A DNA stretch of 64,000 nucleotides, taken from a virus. This document shows, in pieces, positions 47,561-58,200 of this stretch (position 1 is its first letter; the number at the start of each line of letters is the position of its first letter). The stretch is from positions 37,034 through 101,033 of the IMG/VR virus record IMGVR_UViG_3300005573_000069; one strand, written 5' to 3'. A model generated the notes under the pieces. The model was not told the DNA's origin. It saw only the letters and a program-made list of their open reading frames with translations, and did no database searches. A program made the position numbers and the translations under genes.

Positions 47561-50500
47561 GTGGTGAATTTATTGGCAGGAAACAATTTAGGTGTAAAAT
47601 TAGTTATTACTACCACTCCCGCTGATTTAAATAAACAAATTGCTGAACTTGCAACAAAGCTTGAACCCATGAAAGTTAGAATTGCATTAGATTCATCTTC
47701 GTTATCCCAAATTTCTAAACAGTTTGATACACAATTAAACCAAATTCAATCAATGGCAACCAGAGTAGCTGAGCAGGTTGGCAATGTTCTCCGAACCTCT
47801 ACTACGTTTAAATTAGGCCCCGAAGGCCAAGAAACAATGACTAAACAGATTCAGGATTTGCAAACAGGACTTGGTGAGTATCAGCGTTTAATTACGCAAT
47901 TCAAGAATGGTGAACCTTCCGCTCAGTTTAGAGTAGATACATCAAATATAAAAGAGGTACAGCAATTTCTTGATAGGCTATCTTCTTTCAAACAGGGCGG
48001 TTTATTTAATATTGCTCAATTAGAAGAAGAGTATGGTGATATTCTTAAAGAAAATACATCATTGGACGAACGTTTACAAATATTAAAATCTAATTATAGT
48101 ACATTAGACGAATTAAGCTCGTCTACCCAAAAATGGTTTTCTGTGGAAATGGCTTCGCTTCGTGAAGATTTATCTCTTCTCGAAGATCGAAATATGCAAC
48201 TTCAGAGAGCACAGCAATTACAGCTTACTGCTAGTAATGCGCTAAGTAATATAGCGCAACGATATGGCGGTGCTCTCGAAGAAAATGCTAGCCTACAAGG
48301 TAGATATGAAATATTACAACAAAACATTGAAGCCGAGCAAAACTTGGATGCTATAGATCGTAAGTGGCTGACTGACGAAATAAATTCATTAGCTCAAGAT
48401 GCTTCTGCCACACAACGTGCTATGGAACAAAAGACGGCTGCTCTGAATAATTGGCAGTTAGCATTACAAAAAGCTACCGATCAGATGAACAATCTTTCCA
48501 CTAAATTTGGTGAAAATTTTAACTCAAGCTCATTTAATGAATTGATTGAACAAATGAACACCCTGGGTGAACAGTTTAAGAACGATGCTATAAGTGCTGA
48601 AGATTTAAGAGTAGGTATCAAAAATGTACAACAACAGATGAGCCAATTAAGGGTTGAGGCTGCAAATGCACAAGCTGAAGAAAATGCAAATGAAGCTGCT
48701 TTACAAAGATGGAATAATGCTTTAGCTGACTCTATAGCGCAACAAAGTAATTTCCAAGCTCGCTTTATGAAAAACTTTGATAAGTCTGCATTTCAAGATT
48801 TAATAGGGCAAATGGAGAACCTTGGTGAGCAATTTAAAGCTGGGGCTATTGATGCAGACACTCTTACAGAGGGAGTTACCAGATTACGTCAGCAGATGCA
48901 ACAGCTAGGTGCTGATGCAAATCTAGCTATGAAGCAGACTGATATACTACTTTCACAATCTGATTCACGTCTTCAGGTGCTATTGAAAGATTTAACAAAG
49001 TTTTCAGAATGGATGATAGCGGCTAATGTTGTTTTCAAAGGTTGGGACATTTTAAAACAGGGCTTTGTAGACTTGCAAAAAGGTATGGCCGGGGTAGAAA
49101 CTGTTCTGCCACAATTGGAAACTCACCAAGATCAATATAATCAAGCGATGCAAGATTTTCTTCAAATAATGCAACAATATGGCGTTTCGTTAGATGATAC
49201 GATGAATGCGGCGAAGCAATGGGGTCGCATGTATAAGCAACTAGATGAAGTGCAAGTGTTAGTTGCCAATTCTGCAAAGTTAAGTATTGTTGATAATTTA
49301 GATTTGAAGGATGCCGTGCAAGGTCTAGAATCCACAATGGCACAATATAACATGGTTGCGCAAAATGCGGCACAAGCTATGTTATATTCGGGCCGTGTAA
49401 TGGATTCATGGACAGCACTTGCCCATAATGCGTTAGTATCAGCTAACGATTTAGCAGACGCTAACGAACGCTCCGCTGCCGCTGCTAAGCAAGCTGGTGT
49501 AAGTTTTGATGAGTTACAAGGATTAATTGCGGCTTCCACACGTGCTACAGGTTTAGCTGGTAATGTTGTGGGTAACACATTGAAGACCGTATTTGCTACT
49601 ATTTCTCAAGATGCTCCAAAAGCTGCAAAAGCACTACAGGCAATGGGTATAACAGTAAAAGAATCTAGTGGTCAAATGAAAGATGCCTTTGACGTTCTTC
49701 TTCAATTGGCTATGAATACGGATAAGGCTACGGTTAGTCAAGCCCAGTTGAACCAAACTATTTCAGATGTAGCTGCTGGTAAATTTCAGTATTCAAAGGT
49801 AGCTGCCATATTGGGGCAGTATAGTGATATTATTAAAAACGTAACTACATCACTTCTGTCGGCTGGTCAGACTTCCCAAAAGGTCGGCACTCAAATGGAT
49901 ACATTAGCTATTAAATTACAACAGTTACGTGCTACGTTTTTATCGTTTGCTAGCGGTGGAGCATCTGGAGGAATTGAAAATACATTAAAGAGCTTGGTTG
50001 ATTGGTTTAACAGGTTAATGTTGGGATTAACCAATGTTTCTCCTGCCATATTTAATACAACTGCCGTTGTTCTTGGATTAACTCTTGGGTTAAAGGCTTT
50101 GATGGGATTTGTTCAGGGTACGTATTCTACTATTGCTTCTTTATCTAAGGGTTTTGCAGACTTGTTTGCAAAAATCGCATCTGCTACCACGGTTACTACT
50201 GTTAATACTGCTACAGAAGAAGGAAATACTGCGGCTATAGCTGGAAATACGGTCGCAACTGCTGAAAATGATGCAGCTATTGTAGCAAATACTGCTGAAA
50301 AGACGGTGGCTACGGCTGTCACTGAAGGATTAACGGCTGCCACAAGTGCTTTAAGTATAACAACTGCTGTAGCAACAGCAGGCATATCTTTATTGGTTGG
50401 CGGCTTGCTTCTTTGGGCAGAACATGCAGGTCAAGCTCAACAATCTGAGGAACAATTACAGGCTACAGTACAACAGGCTATACTAACAGACACCCAAAGA

Positions 50501-53077
50501 CAGCAAAATATTAAAGAAGAAATCTCTTTTGTAAACGAATTGGTTAGCAATTACCAGCAACTGTCAAAAGAAATTAAAGAAGATGCCAATGATACTCAAA
50601 AAGTTAATGATGCTAAAAGTAAACAACAGGCTATTGAACAGCAATTGACACGTATCTTAGGTGATGGTGCATCACAATTATTTAAAAATAATCAACTTAC
50701 TTCAGATTACATCTCTATTTTAGATAAATTGATTGATAAATTGAAAAAGACTGGGGATGCTGCTAAGGATAGTGCCCAAAAAGAAATTGATGCACAATAT
50801 AAAGCAGCAGAATCTACCTATAATTCAGTAAAAAGTCAGATAGACAGCTTAACAGCATTACAACAATCTTATACTGCTGTTTCAGGTGATTTAGGCCAGA
50901 AGTATGATTTTATAACTGCTTTTAAGGATTTGTTCACTGGCAAGACATCTAACACTAACATTTTTGGCCAGAAGTCTTATTTAGATCAACTAAAAGAACA
51001 AGCGGACCAGGCAAATCAGACAATGTGGGATCTTCGGCACTTATCAGACGAACTTAATGCACCAACTCCACCCTCTGGTAGTGGTGATAGTGGTGGGGGC
51101 GGTGGTTCTGATTTAGGGACTGGTACAGGAGGTAAAATTAATCCTGTAACAGACACTATGGATCAGTTTAAAGCTCAAACAGATCAATATCAGGCACAAC
51201 TTGATGAAATAACGGCCAAATTGGCACTTCTCGATAACACATCGCAGGCTTATAGAGATGAATTACAGAAAGAGATTCCTATTTATCAACAACAGCAAGA
51301 CCAATATCATCAAGCGAATGAAGCATTAAGGAATTTAGAAGCTACTCATAAATTAACTAAATCTCAATTAGATGAATTAAATACAACTCTTGCTCAAAAC
51401 TCGACACATTGGGAAGAATTACAAAAGAAAATCAATGATGTTAATGTTGAAATTCAAAAATCTCAATGGGATGAGATAAATAATCATATTAAGGACTTTG
51501 ATACTAAAATACAAAATGCTAAATCTAATGTAGATAATTTAGATAAGGTTTTGAAAGATTATACTGATACTACTCTTCCTGGTTATAATAAGGTGATGCA
51601 ACAATCAATTGAAGCTAACCAAAATTATATTAAAACTATTCAGGATAAGATTTCATATCTTGAGCAAGAAGCTCGTCAGGTAGGATTGACATCTGAAGCG
51701 TATCAAAATCTTAAAAACCAATTGGTTCAAACCATGACTGAAGAATTAGAAGCTCAAGAAACATTAAAAGTGACATTATTGCAAAATCAAATTAATCAAT
51801 ATGATAATGAGAAAAAAGCTAGCGATGATTATTACGATAATTTAATTAAGCAACGCGAAGAAGCTACTAAAAATTATGATCAACAAATGAAAGAGCAAGA
51901 AGACTTACAGGTAACAGCGTTGCAAAATCAAATTAAGCAATATGATGATGAGAAAAAGGCTAGTGATGACTATTATGATGATTTAATCAAGAAACAAGAA
52001 GAGGCTATTAAACAATTTGATCAACAAACTCAAGCCCAAAGTGAGTTAGATAATCTTAACGAAAAGGAACAAGAGATTCAAAATGCGATGGCAGATACAA
52101 GTTATACGTACATTACAGCAGAAGGTGAGAAGGAGTACACATATAACCGTGAAAAAGTTGCTGAGTTACAGCAAGAATATCAAAAAGAATTGGATACGTA
52201 TAACAACGACCAACTTAGAGATGCATTACAACAAGAATTGGATAATTTGCAAAACAATAAAGAGCAAGAAGATCAAGTATACGATGCAAAGATACAGTCT
52301 CTTCAAGATGAAGTAAGTCAAGTAAAAGCACAGTACGATACAGCAATAAAAAACTATGATGCATACGCTCAACAAGAATTGGATAATTTGCAAAACAATA
52401 AAGAGCAAGAAGATCAAGTATACAATGCAAAGATACAATCTCTTCAAAACGAAGAAAGTCAAGTAAAAGCACAGTACGATTTAGGTATAGCTAACTTGCA
52501 AAACTTTGCTAATCAAGAGAGTGTTACACTAAATCAGTTAATCCAGTATTGGAATAGTGCTGCTACTTCTATCGTAGCTGATGCACAAGAAATAGCTAGT
52601 GCTCAGGCGTCTATGTCTGGTGGTGGAGGTGGAGGTGGCACTTCGGCTGGCGGCGGTGGCGGAACTGTTTTAGGTGCTGGTGGAGGAACTCCAAATACAT
52701 GGGAACAGTCTAATCCTGGTTTTTATGAGTATAATCCAAGTTCTCCTTCTTCTTTAAATCCTACAACCTATGATGAGGGTGGTATTGTAGGTTATTCCAA
52801 TAATTCTCCTAGTGATGCAGCTAATCTCCTTAATACTTTTTTTAATATGGATAATAGTCATAGAATTGTAAAAGCGTTAGTGGGAGAATTAATGATTCCT
52901 CCTAAAAATATAGCTAATTTCCTCCCTAATCTAAAAACAGCACTTACATCCTTTGTGAATGCGGGTGCGAGTGCAATTGCTAACACAACTAACTATACTT
53001 TCAATAACGTAACAGTACAGGCAAACGATTTAGAGAGTTTCATTGAGTCGATCAGATTTTATACACAGACTGTATAA
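47561..53077 (+). CDS. tail tape measure protein
   Basis: 1838 aa; TP901-type core (A..AGVSFDELQGLIAA..RATG..G..VGNTLKT), coiled-coil, YDEGGIVG. Confidence 0.92.
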   Translation: MVNLLAGNNLGVKLVITTTPADLNKQIAELATKLEPMKVRIALDSSSLSQISKQFDTQLNQIQSMATRVAEQVGNVLRTSTTFKLGPEGQETMTKQIQDLQTGLGEYQRLITQFKNGEPSAQFRVDTSNIKEVQQFLDRLSSFKQGGLFNIAQLEEEYGDILKENTSLDERLQILKSNYSTLDELSSSTQKWFSVEMASLREDLSLLEDRNMQLQRAQQLQLTASNALSNIAQRYGGALEENASLQGRYEILQQNIEAEQNLDAIDRKWLTDEINSLAQDASATQRAMEQKTAALNNWQLALQKATDQMNNLSTKFGENFNSSSFNELIEQMNTLGEQFKNDAISAEDLRVGIKNVQQQMSQLRVEAANAQAEENANEAALQRWNNALADSIAQQSNFQARFMKNFDKSAFQDLIGQMENLGEQFKAGAIDADTLTEGVTRLRQQMQQLGADANLAMKQTDILLSQSDSRLQVLLKDLTKFSEWMIAANVVFKGWDILKQGFVDLQKGMAGVETVLPQLETHQDQYNQAMQDFLQIMQQYGVSLDDTMNAAKQWGRMYKQLDEVQVLVANSAKLSIVDNLDLKDAVQGLESTMAQYNMVAQNAAQAMLYSGRVMDSWTALAHNALVSANDLADANERSAAAAKQAGVSFDELQGLIAASTRATGLAGNVVGNTLKTVFATISQDAPKAAKALQAMGITVKESSGQMKDAFDVLLQLAMNTDKATVSQAQLNQTISDVAAGKFQYSKVAAILGQYSDIIKNVTTSLLSAGQTSQKVGTQMDTLAIKLQQLRATFLSFASGGASGGIENTLKSLVDWFNRLMLGLTNVSPAIFNTTAVVLGLTLGLKALMGFVQGTYSTIASLSKGFADLFAKIASATTVTTVNTATEEGNTAAIAGNTVATAENDAAIVANTAEKTVATAVTEGLTAATSALSITTAVATAGISLLVGGLLLWAEHAGQAQQSEEQLQATVQQAILTDTQRQQNIKEEISFVNELVSNYQQLSKEIKEDANDTQKVNDAKSKQQAIEQQLTRILGDGASQLFKNNQLTSDYISILDKLIDKLKKTGDAAKDSAQKEIDAQYKAAESTYNSVKSQIDSLTALQQSYTAVSGDLGQKYDFITAFKDLFTGKTSNTNIFGQKSYLDQLKEQADQANQTMWDLRHLSDELNAPTPPSGSGDSGGGGGSDLGTGTGGKINPVTDTMDQFKAQTDQYQAQLDEITAKLALLDNTSQAYRDELQKEIPIYQQQQDQYHQANEALRNLEATHKLTKSQLDELNTTLAQNSTHWEELQKKINDVNVEIQKSQWDEINNHIKDFDTKIQNAKSNVDNLDKVLKDYTDTTLPGYNKVMQQSIEANQNYIKTIQDKISYLEQEARQVGLTSEAYQNLKNQLVQTMTEELEAQETLKVTLLQNQINQYDNEKKASDDYYDNLIKQREEATKNYDQQMKEQEDLQVTALQNQIKQYDDEKKASDDYYDDLIKKQEEAIKQFDQQTQAQSELDNLNEKEQEIQNAMADTSYTYITAEGEKEYTYNREKVAELQQEYQKELDTYNNDQLRDALQQELDNLQNNKEQEDQVYDAKIQSLQDEVSQVKAQYDTAIKNYDAYAQQELDNLQNNKEQEDQVYNAKIQSLQNEESQVKAQYDLGIANLQNFANQESVTLNQLIQYWNSAATSIVADAQEIASAQASMSGGGGGGGTSAGGGGGTVLGAGGGTPNTWEQSNPGFYEYNPSSPSSLNPTTYDEGGIVGYSNNSPSDAANLLNTFFNMDNSHRIVKALVGELMIPPKNIANFLPNLKTALTSFVNAGASAIANTTNYTFNNVTVQANDLESFIESIRFYTQTV
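51779..52487 (+). repeat. two tandem duplications, each with a 141-nt period, in the tape measure gene
   Basis: Copies start at 51779/51920 and at 52229/52370. Confidence 0.85.
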
Positions 53078-53079
53078 AC

Positions 53080-53117
53080 AATGAGGGGCATATTTCGCGT
53101 ATGTCCCTCATTTTTTG
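53080..53117 (+). terminator. intrinsic terminator
   Basis: ATGAGGGGCATA..TATGTCCCTCAT-TTTTTT. Confidence 0.75.
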
Positions 53118-53135
53118 GAAAGAAGGTGATGACGT

Positions 53136-54170
53136 ATGGCTATTCAAAAGCCTGTAAATCTGGTTTTAGGGAATGGTAATCAAGCCTTTGATGTCACGCA
53201 ACCTACTCAAGTTAGTTGGACAGTTACTGGTAGTGTGCAAACCAGTTTTGCCATTAATTTTTACAATAATAACACTAATCAATTGATTTATCAAGTACAG
53301 GCTTCCAGCTACGCAACCAGTTACCTATTACCTGCTGATTTTGTTTCTCTGCTTCCTATTAAATTCATAGTACAAGTTTGGGCAGCAGACGGGTCTTCAG
53401 CTATATCCGATTCTTCTCCTGTTTACCTGGCATCTGTTCCACCTGTTGTAACTGTAAATACTCCAAATGTTGCTGCTCCTAGTTATGTTTTTTCGGCAAC
53501 ATATTCACAAGCTACTAACATACCATTGAGCAATTGGCAAGCATTTTTGTATGATGCTAATCAGAATTTGATTCAACAAAGTGGTATTCAAACATCTCCT
53601 ACTCTTTCATGGATGTTTACAGGATTACAAAATAGCCAATTTTATTATATACAATTTCAAGCCACGTCTGCTGTAGGATTAACAGCTAATTCTGCTATGG
53701 TACAGTTTGAACCAATTTATGCTACTCCTATGTTAAATTCAATTTTAACTGCACAAAATGTTTATCCTGCGGCTGTACAATTAACTTGGGATATTTTGAT
53801 AATTACTGGTGCTGTGACTGGAACTGCAATATACGTGAACAATAGAACTGCTTTAGATGTTAGAAATGGTACAGTTTATTTTGGCGGTACATCAAATAGT
53901 GGTTTGTATGTTTTCCAAGAAGGAACATACAAATTCTTTATAATTAGTCCTGCTTCTCGGCAGGATTTAATTGTAATTCAAGGCGCAAATGGTAGTTATC
54001 ATCTACAGTATCATTATGAAGATGGAATTTTCTATTTGTATAAGTATGTAAATGGCTTAACAATTCCGATTATATATCAGTCTAACCCTGTATTTGGTAG
54101 TAGTTTCTTTCTCGGAGTACAAATTGTTGATTCACTTAATATCGAAATGTACGCCGAAACTATTTACTAA
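53136..54170 (+). CDS. distal tail/baseplate protein with FN3-like domains
   Basis: Follows TMP; LQNSQFYYIQFQAT pattern. Confidence 0.65.
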   Translation: MAIQKPVNLVLGNGNQAFDVTQPTQVSWTVTGSVQTSFAINFYNNNTNQLIYQVQASSYATSYLLPADFVSLLPIKFIVQVWAADGSSAISDSSPVYLASVPPVVTVNTPNVAAPSYVFSATYSQATNIPLSNWQAFLYDANQNLIQQSGIQTSPTLSWMFTGLQNSQFYYIQFQATSAVGLTANSAMVQFEPIYATPMLNSILTAQNVYPAAVQLTWDILIITGAVTGTAIYVNNRTALDVRNGTVYFGGTSNSGLYVFQEGTYKFFIISPASRQDLIVIQGANGSYHLQYHYEDGIFYLYKYVNGLTIPIIYQSNPVFGSSFFLGVQIVDSLNIEMYAETIY

Positions 54171-54188
54171 GAAAGAAGGTGATGACGG

Positions 54189-55376
54189 TTGATAGTTAAT
54201 TTCAGAGGACAGTATGTAAATTCACTTACTTATAATCAACAAGATGTTGTGACTTATAATAATTACAATTTTATGTGTCTTGTAAATAATACAACGGGGA
54301 TAGCCCCAGTTGTCGGACAAGATACAGCAACGTGGGTGCAGTACAATACAACTTCTACGTTTCCTTCTTCTATTGATTCTTTTGTACCTAAAACGAATAT
54401 TCAACCATCTGATGTACAAAATGTTACTACTTATCAAAACCTTTTGACTTCTTTAGCTTTAACACCCCCACAGCAGGATCAATTGAACCAATTGGCAGCG
54501 AATTTAAGTAATAAACTTTTATTCCCGCAAGACATTAACCAGATTCAGCAGGCAGTCCAAAACCTTGAAATATTCTTTTTAAACAATGTGCAGGGCTATA
54601 TTAATACCATGCAAAACAATGTCCAGACCTTTGTTAATAATATGGAAACCAGCGTGGATAACTATGTAAATACTGCTGAAAGTAATATGAATAACTATGT
54701 AAATACTGCTGAAAGTAATGTGAATAGTTATATTAGTACCATGCAAAATAATTTTTCTAACCAGATAAACCAATTTAATTATAAGGGTGTTTGGTCAGCT
54801 ACAACCCAATATTACACGTGGAATTTAATCACATATAATGGCAACGTTTATATTGCCAAACAAAATAATTTAAATGTCGCTCCTACCACGGGTGATCAGA
54901 ATGATCCAAATTGGTTATTATTGTCGAGAGTGGGCGCTACAGGGCCACAAGGGCCTCCGGGAGTGAATTTAACATTTGTTGGTGTATATTCAAACAGTAC
55001 TGCATATTCCGTGAATCAAGTAGTTGCTTATGATTCTAATCCATATGTTTGTATCCAGAACACTACACCAGGAATTGATCCGTCAAATACTGCGTATTGG
55101 ACATTATTTGCGTCTTATACACCCATTCCGGTTATTTCTACAGCACCTACAAATCCTGCTTTGGGTCAGGTTTGGATCGACTCTAGCAATAACCAAATTA
55201 AATATTGGAATGGGAGTACATGGGTAATTGTGGGAACGGTACTTCCTACAGATTTAGCTAAAGTCGATACCGCTCAGGTTTTTTCGCAACAGCAAACTTT
55301 TTCGGCGGGAATTAATGTGACTGGTGGCATTCTGTTAAATGGTTCACTTGATTTAAGCATATTAACTCTATTGTAG
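54189..55376 (+). CDS. tail fibre-like protein with CBM5/12-like modules and short collagen motif
   Basis: Three W/Y..Y...D/N.V.YNG modules, GATGPQGPPG, 33-nt internal duplication (NYVNTAESN). Confidence 0.7.
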   Translation: MIVNFRGQYVNSLTYNQQDVVTYNNYNFMCLVNNTTGIAPVVGQDTATWVQYNTTSTFPSSIDSFVPKTNIQPSDVQNVTTYQNLLTSLALTPPQQDQLNQLAANLSNKLLFPQDINQIQQAVQNLEIFFLNNVQGYINTMQNNVQTFVNNMETSVDNYVNTAESNMNNYVNTAESNVNSYISTMQNNFSNQINQFNYKGVWSATTQYYTWNLITYNGNVYIAKQNNLNVAPTTGDQNDPNWLLLSRVGATGPQGPPGVNLTFVGVYSNSTAYSVNQVVAYDSNPYVCIQNTTPGIDPSNTAYWTLFASYTPIPVISTAPTNPALGQVWIDSSNNQIKYWNGSTWVIVGTVLPTDLAKVDTAQVFSQQQTFSAGINVTGGILLNGSLDLSILTLL

Positions 55377-55390
55377 TAGGAGGGATTTAA

Positions 55391-55732
55391 TTGATTAATT
55401 TCAGGCAGTTTTATCAAGGGCAACCTGGAACAACAGCAACGACATTATACATCGCGCCATCGAATAATGCAAATGTACCATCACCTTATGCAACAGCGAT
55501 GATTAAAGAAATAATTGCTTGCAACACTACATCATCTGCTGCTACTGTAACAATCGGAATCAGCGGTACAGCAGCGGCAAGTCAGATAGTGGGCGCACTA
55601 TCAATCGCGGGCAACGATTCGAAGGTATTAAGTGGATTGGATACTGCCGTGTCAGGTGGTACAACTATTCAAGCATTGCAGGGAACCGCTGGGGCCATTA
55701 CACTAACCATCAGTGGCATAGAAATTCAGTAA
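55391..55732 (+). CDS. small virion structural protein
   Basis: QGQPGTTATTLY..P; SG..IQAL pattern. Confidence 0.65.
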   Translation: MINFRQFYQGQPGTTATTLYIAPSNNANVPSPYATAMIKEIIACNTTSSAATVTIGISGTAAASQIVGALSIAGNDSKVLSGLDTAVSGGTTIQALQGTAGAITLTISGIEIQ

Positions 55733-55739
55733 CGAGGTT

Positions 55740-56819
55740 GTGCCTCAGAAGGGGGTGTTGCAGTTGGCTCAACTTCGCTCACTGAATGCGATAACTGTTC
55801 CATCGATTAAAAACACGGCAGGTGTGATCGTTGATCCGACAAAGGTGTTGTCGGGAACGGTTATATCTGGTATAGCTGGTACTGTACCGAATCAAGGTGT
55901 TCTAGACACACCAATAGTGGGAGTGTATCCTGCGGGTTATTACTCAAGTGTGCGTATTCCAGGATGGATTACATTAGCAAATGATACTATAGTAAGGTAT
56001 GAGTTAGCCGCTGCATATGATAGTTCCGCTAATCTGACATATGCAATCGATGGGTATAATGGTGGCAATTATTGCACTACTGTCACAGCTTATAGCCATT
56101 CGTCTAACTCATGGACTGGAGTGGCAAATGATACTACAGGAAGGATATTTTTAGTCGCTGCATATGACAGTTCCGCCAACCTGACATATGCAATCGATGG
56201 CCAAAGTAGCAGCGGTTACAGTACCACTGTCACAGCTTACAGCCATGCGTCCAACTCATGGACTGGAGTGGCAAATGATACTTTAGCAAGGGAGCAATTA
56301 GCCGGTGCATATGATAGTTCCGCTAATCTGACGTATGCGATTGATGGGTATGACAGTACCACTGTCACAGCTTACAGCCATTCATCCAACTCATGGACTG
56401 CAGTAGCAAGTGATACTACAGCAAGGCAGCAATTAGCCGGTGCATATGATAGTTCCGCAAACTTGACGTATGCGATTGATGGGACTTACACTAGTCCCCT
56501 TACTACTGTCACAGCTTACAGCCATTCGTCTAACTCATGGACTGGAGTGGCGAGCGATACTATGGCAAGGGTGGAGTTAGCCGCCGCATATGATAGTTCT
56601 GCTAATCTGACATATGCAATAGATGGGGCTAACTCTAATAATATAGTTGCGTTGTTTACAGCTTATAGTCATGTGTCCAATTCATGGACTGCATTAGCAA
56701 GTGATGCTATATCTAGATCTCAGTTAGCCGCTGCATATGATAGTTCCGCTAACCTGACATATGCAATAGATGGGGGTACGCCTCAAATTAGTACCACACT
56801 CACGGCTTATATATATTAA
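55740..56819 (+). CDS. six-bladed Kelch-like beta-propeller protein (candidate receptor-binding)
   Basis: Six ~48-aa repeats LAAAYDSSANLTYAIDG..TTVTAYSHSSNSWT. Confidence 0.75.
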   Translation: MPQKGVLQLAQLRSLNAITVPSIKNTAGVIVDPTKVLSGTVISGIAGTVPNQGVLDTPIVGVYPAGYYSSVRIPGWITLANDTIVRYELAAAYDSSANLTYAIDGYNGGNYCTTVTAYSHSSNSWTGVANDTTGRIFLVAAYDSSANLTYAIDGQSSSGYSTTVTAYSHASNSWTGVANDTLAREQLAGAYDSSANLTYAIDGYDSTTVTAYSHSSNSWTAVASDTTARQQLAGAYDSSANLTYAIDGTYTSPLTTVTAYSHSSNSWTGVASDTMARVELAAAYDSSANLTYAIDGANSNNIVALFTAYSHVSNSWTALASDAISRSQLAAAYDSSANLTYAIDGGTPQISTTLTAYIY

Positions 56820-56836
56820 AACAAGGAGGTATTCCT

Positions 56837-57349
56837 ATGATACGTTCAGTTGATTTGGTGAAATTTGCTGCTAACCACGGTATTATCCTGAGCACCGCAA
56901 TCGCCAAGCAAGCGGTACAAGCAATCGACCAGGAAGAAGTCGAGGAAAGGGAACGCGCCCGCTGGACCGCATTGGTGTGGGATGGAACCGGTGATCCGCC
57001 TATTGGCACTCGTGAACGCTGGTTACACGAAAACGATGCCATTGGCAGAGCCGCCAAGGAAGCGGCGGAACATCCCGACCATTGCATCTACTTCTTGATG
57101 AAGGATGGCAAACTGCATCACTTTCAGCCGTTCCGTGCGTATGACCGTGGGCGGACGCCTATTGTCCACAATGATGAAAACCATCCCGACCATCATTCCA
57201 AGGTTACGCAGAACCATATAGACATTGAGGTTGAGCAAGAAGTTAATCGCCAGGTTCTCGACTTGGCGCTTGAGAAGGCGCTGGAGCTTCATGAACAGCA
57301 GGGTATTCCGGTCGGCATGGCCGCCGTGCCGCAAGACAGGAGGCGGTAA
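56837..57349 (+). CDS. hypothetical protein
   Basis: AAGGAGG RBS; higher GC. Confidence 0.7.
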   Translation: MIRSVDLVKFAANHGIILSTAIAKQAVQAIDQEEVEERERARWTALVWDGTGDPPIGTRERWLHENDAIGRAAKEAAEHPDHCIYFLMKDGKLHHFQPFRAYDRGRTPIVHNDENHPDHHSKVTQNHIDIEVEQEVNRQVLDLALEKALELHEQQGIPVGMAAVPQDRRR

Positions 57350-57351
57350 TA

Positions 57352-58194
57352 ATGTGGATATTGATTGATGGCAACAACGTCGTTCAGCACGCGCAGGACG
57401 TACAGCCTAGTACTGTACCAACCGGCCAAACGGCGGTGCAGATCAGCGACACGCTGACCAATGCGCAGTACTTGTATGGCAACCCGACCGCGTATGAGTA
57501 TACTAATGGTCAGATTGTTCAGCGACCGTATTTCTCGCTGGCTTACGCGAACAACACCGTAACGGCTACGCTGGAATTGCCGCCGTCTACCGCGCCGACC
57601 AGTGTCACTTTTGCGGTCGCCGGGCAGCAATACACGGCCAGTTTGACTAACGGCGTGGCAACGCTGTCCTTGGCGGTGCATCCTTCCTTAGCCAGCCAGC
57701 AGGTGATAGTCACGTGCTCGGCAAGTGGATGCGTCAGCGGTTCCCTCAACCTGACAGGTGGCACGCAACAGACAATCGGGTTGCAGGTGTATACGCCATC
57801 CGGGACTGGTAGCATTCCTACCGTGGCCCCGGTTGGAGCAGGTGGCATTGAATATCTGACGAAATACTATGCGAGCCTTGCCGATCCGGTGGCCCTGGCG
57901 ACAAATACCGGCTATGCGGTAGAACTATTGTATGATGTGGTGTTCAACATCTTGCTGCCAGCGTTCCAAAAGTCCACCTACACGCCAGTATCGCTTGATG
58001 CCAACCAATCCAACGCATTGGCCGACATTCAAAAGAATGTGCTGGCATACCTGTATCTGTCGTTAGAAAAGGTGTACCCATCCGGCGGTTCTCCGATGCC
58101 GCAGTACCAAAACATGGCGGGAGGCTTCCAATTGGCGCAACAGCAGATGGCGCAATTTATAGCGGCAGTAACCTCCATCCCAGGGCTGGAGTGA
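57352..58194 (+). CDS. hypothetical tail-associated protein with Ig-like segment
   Basis: TFAVAGQQYTASLTNGVATL. Confidence 0.65.
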   Translation: MWILIDGNNVVQHAQDVQPSTVPTGQTAVQISDTLTNAQYLYGNPTAYEYTNGQIVQRPYFSLAYANNTVTATLELPPSTAPTSVTFAVAGQQYTASLTNGVATLSLAVHPSLASQQVIVTCSASGCVSGSLNLTGGTQQTIGLQVYTPSGTGSIPTVAPVGAGGIEYLTKYYASLADPVALATNTGYAVELLYDVVFNILLPAFQKSTYTPVSLDANQSNALADIQKNVLAYLYLSLEKVYPSGGSPMPQYQNMAGGFQLAQQQMAQFIAAVTSIPGLE

Positions 58195-58200
58195 TGCCAA

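Noticed and set aside
55990-56815. CRISPR array or DGR template/variable repeat in the ~145-nt repeats
   Set aside because: The repeats are in-frame coding units, differences are not adenine-specific, and no reverse transcriptase or cas genes are present in the window
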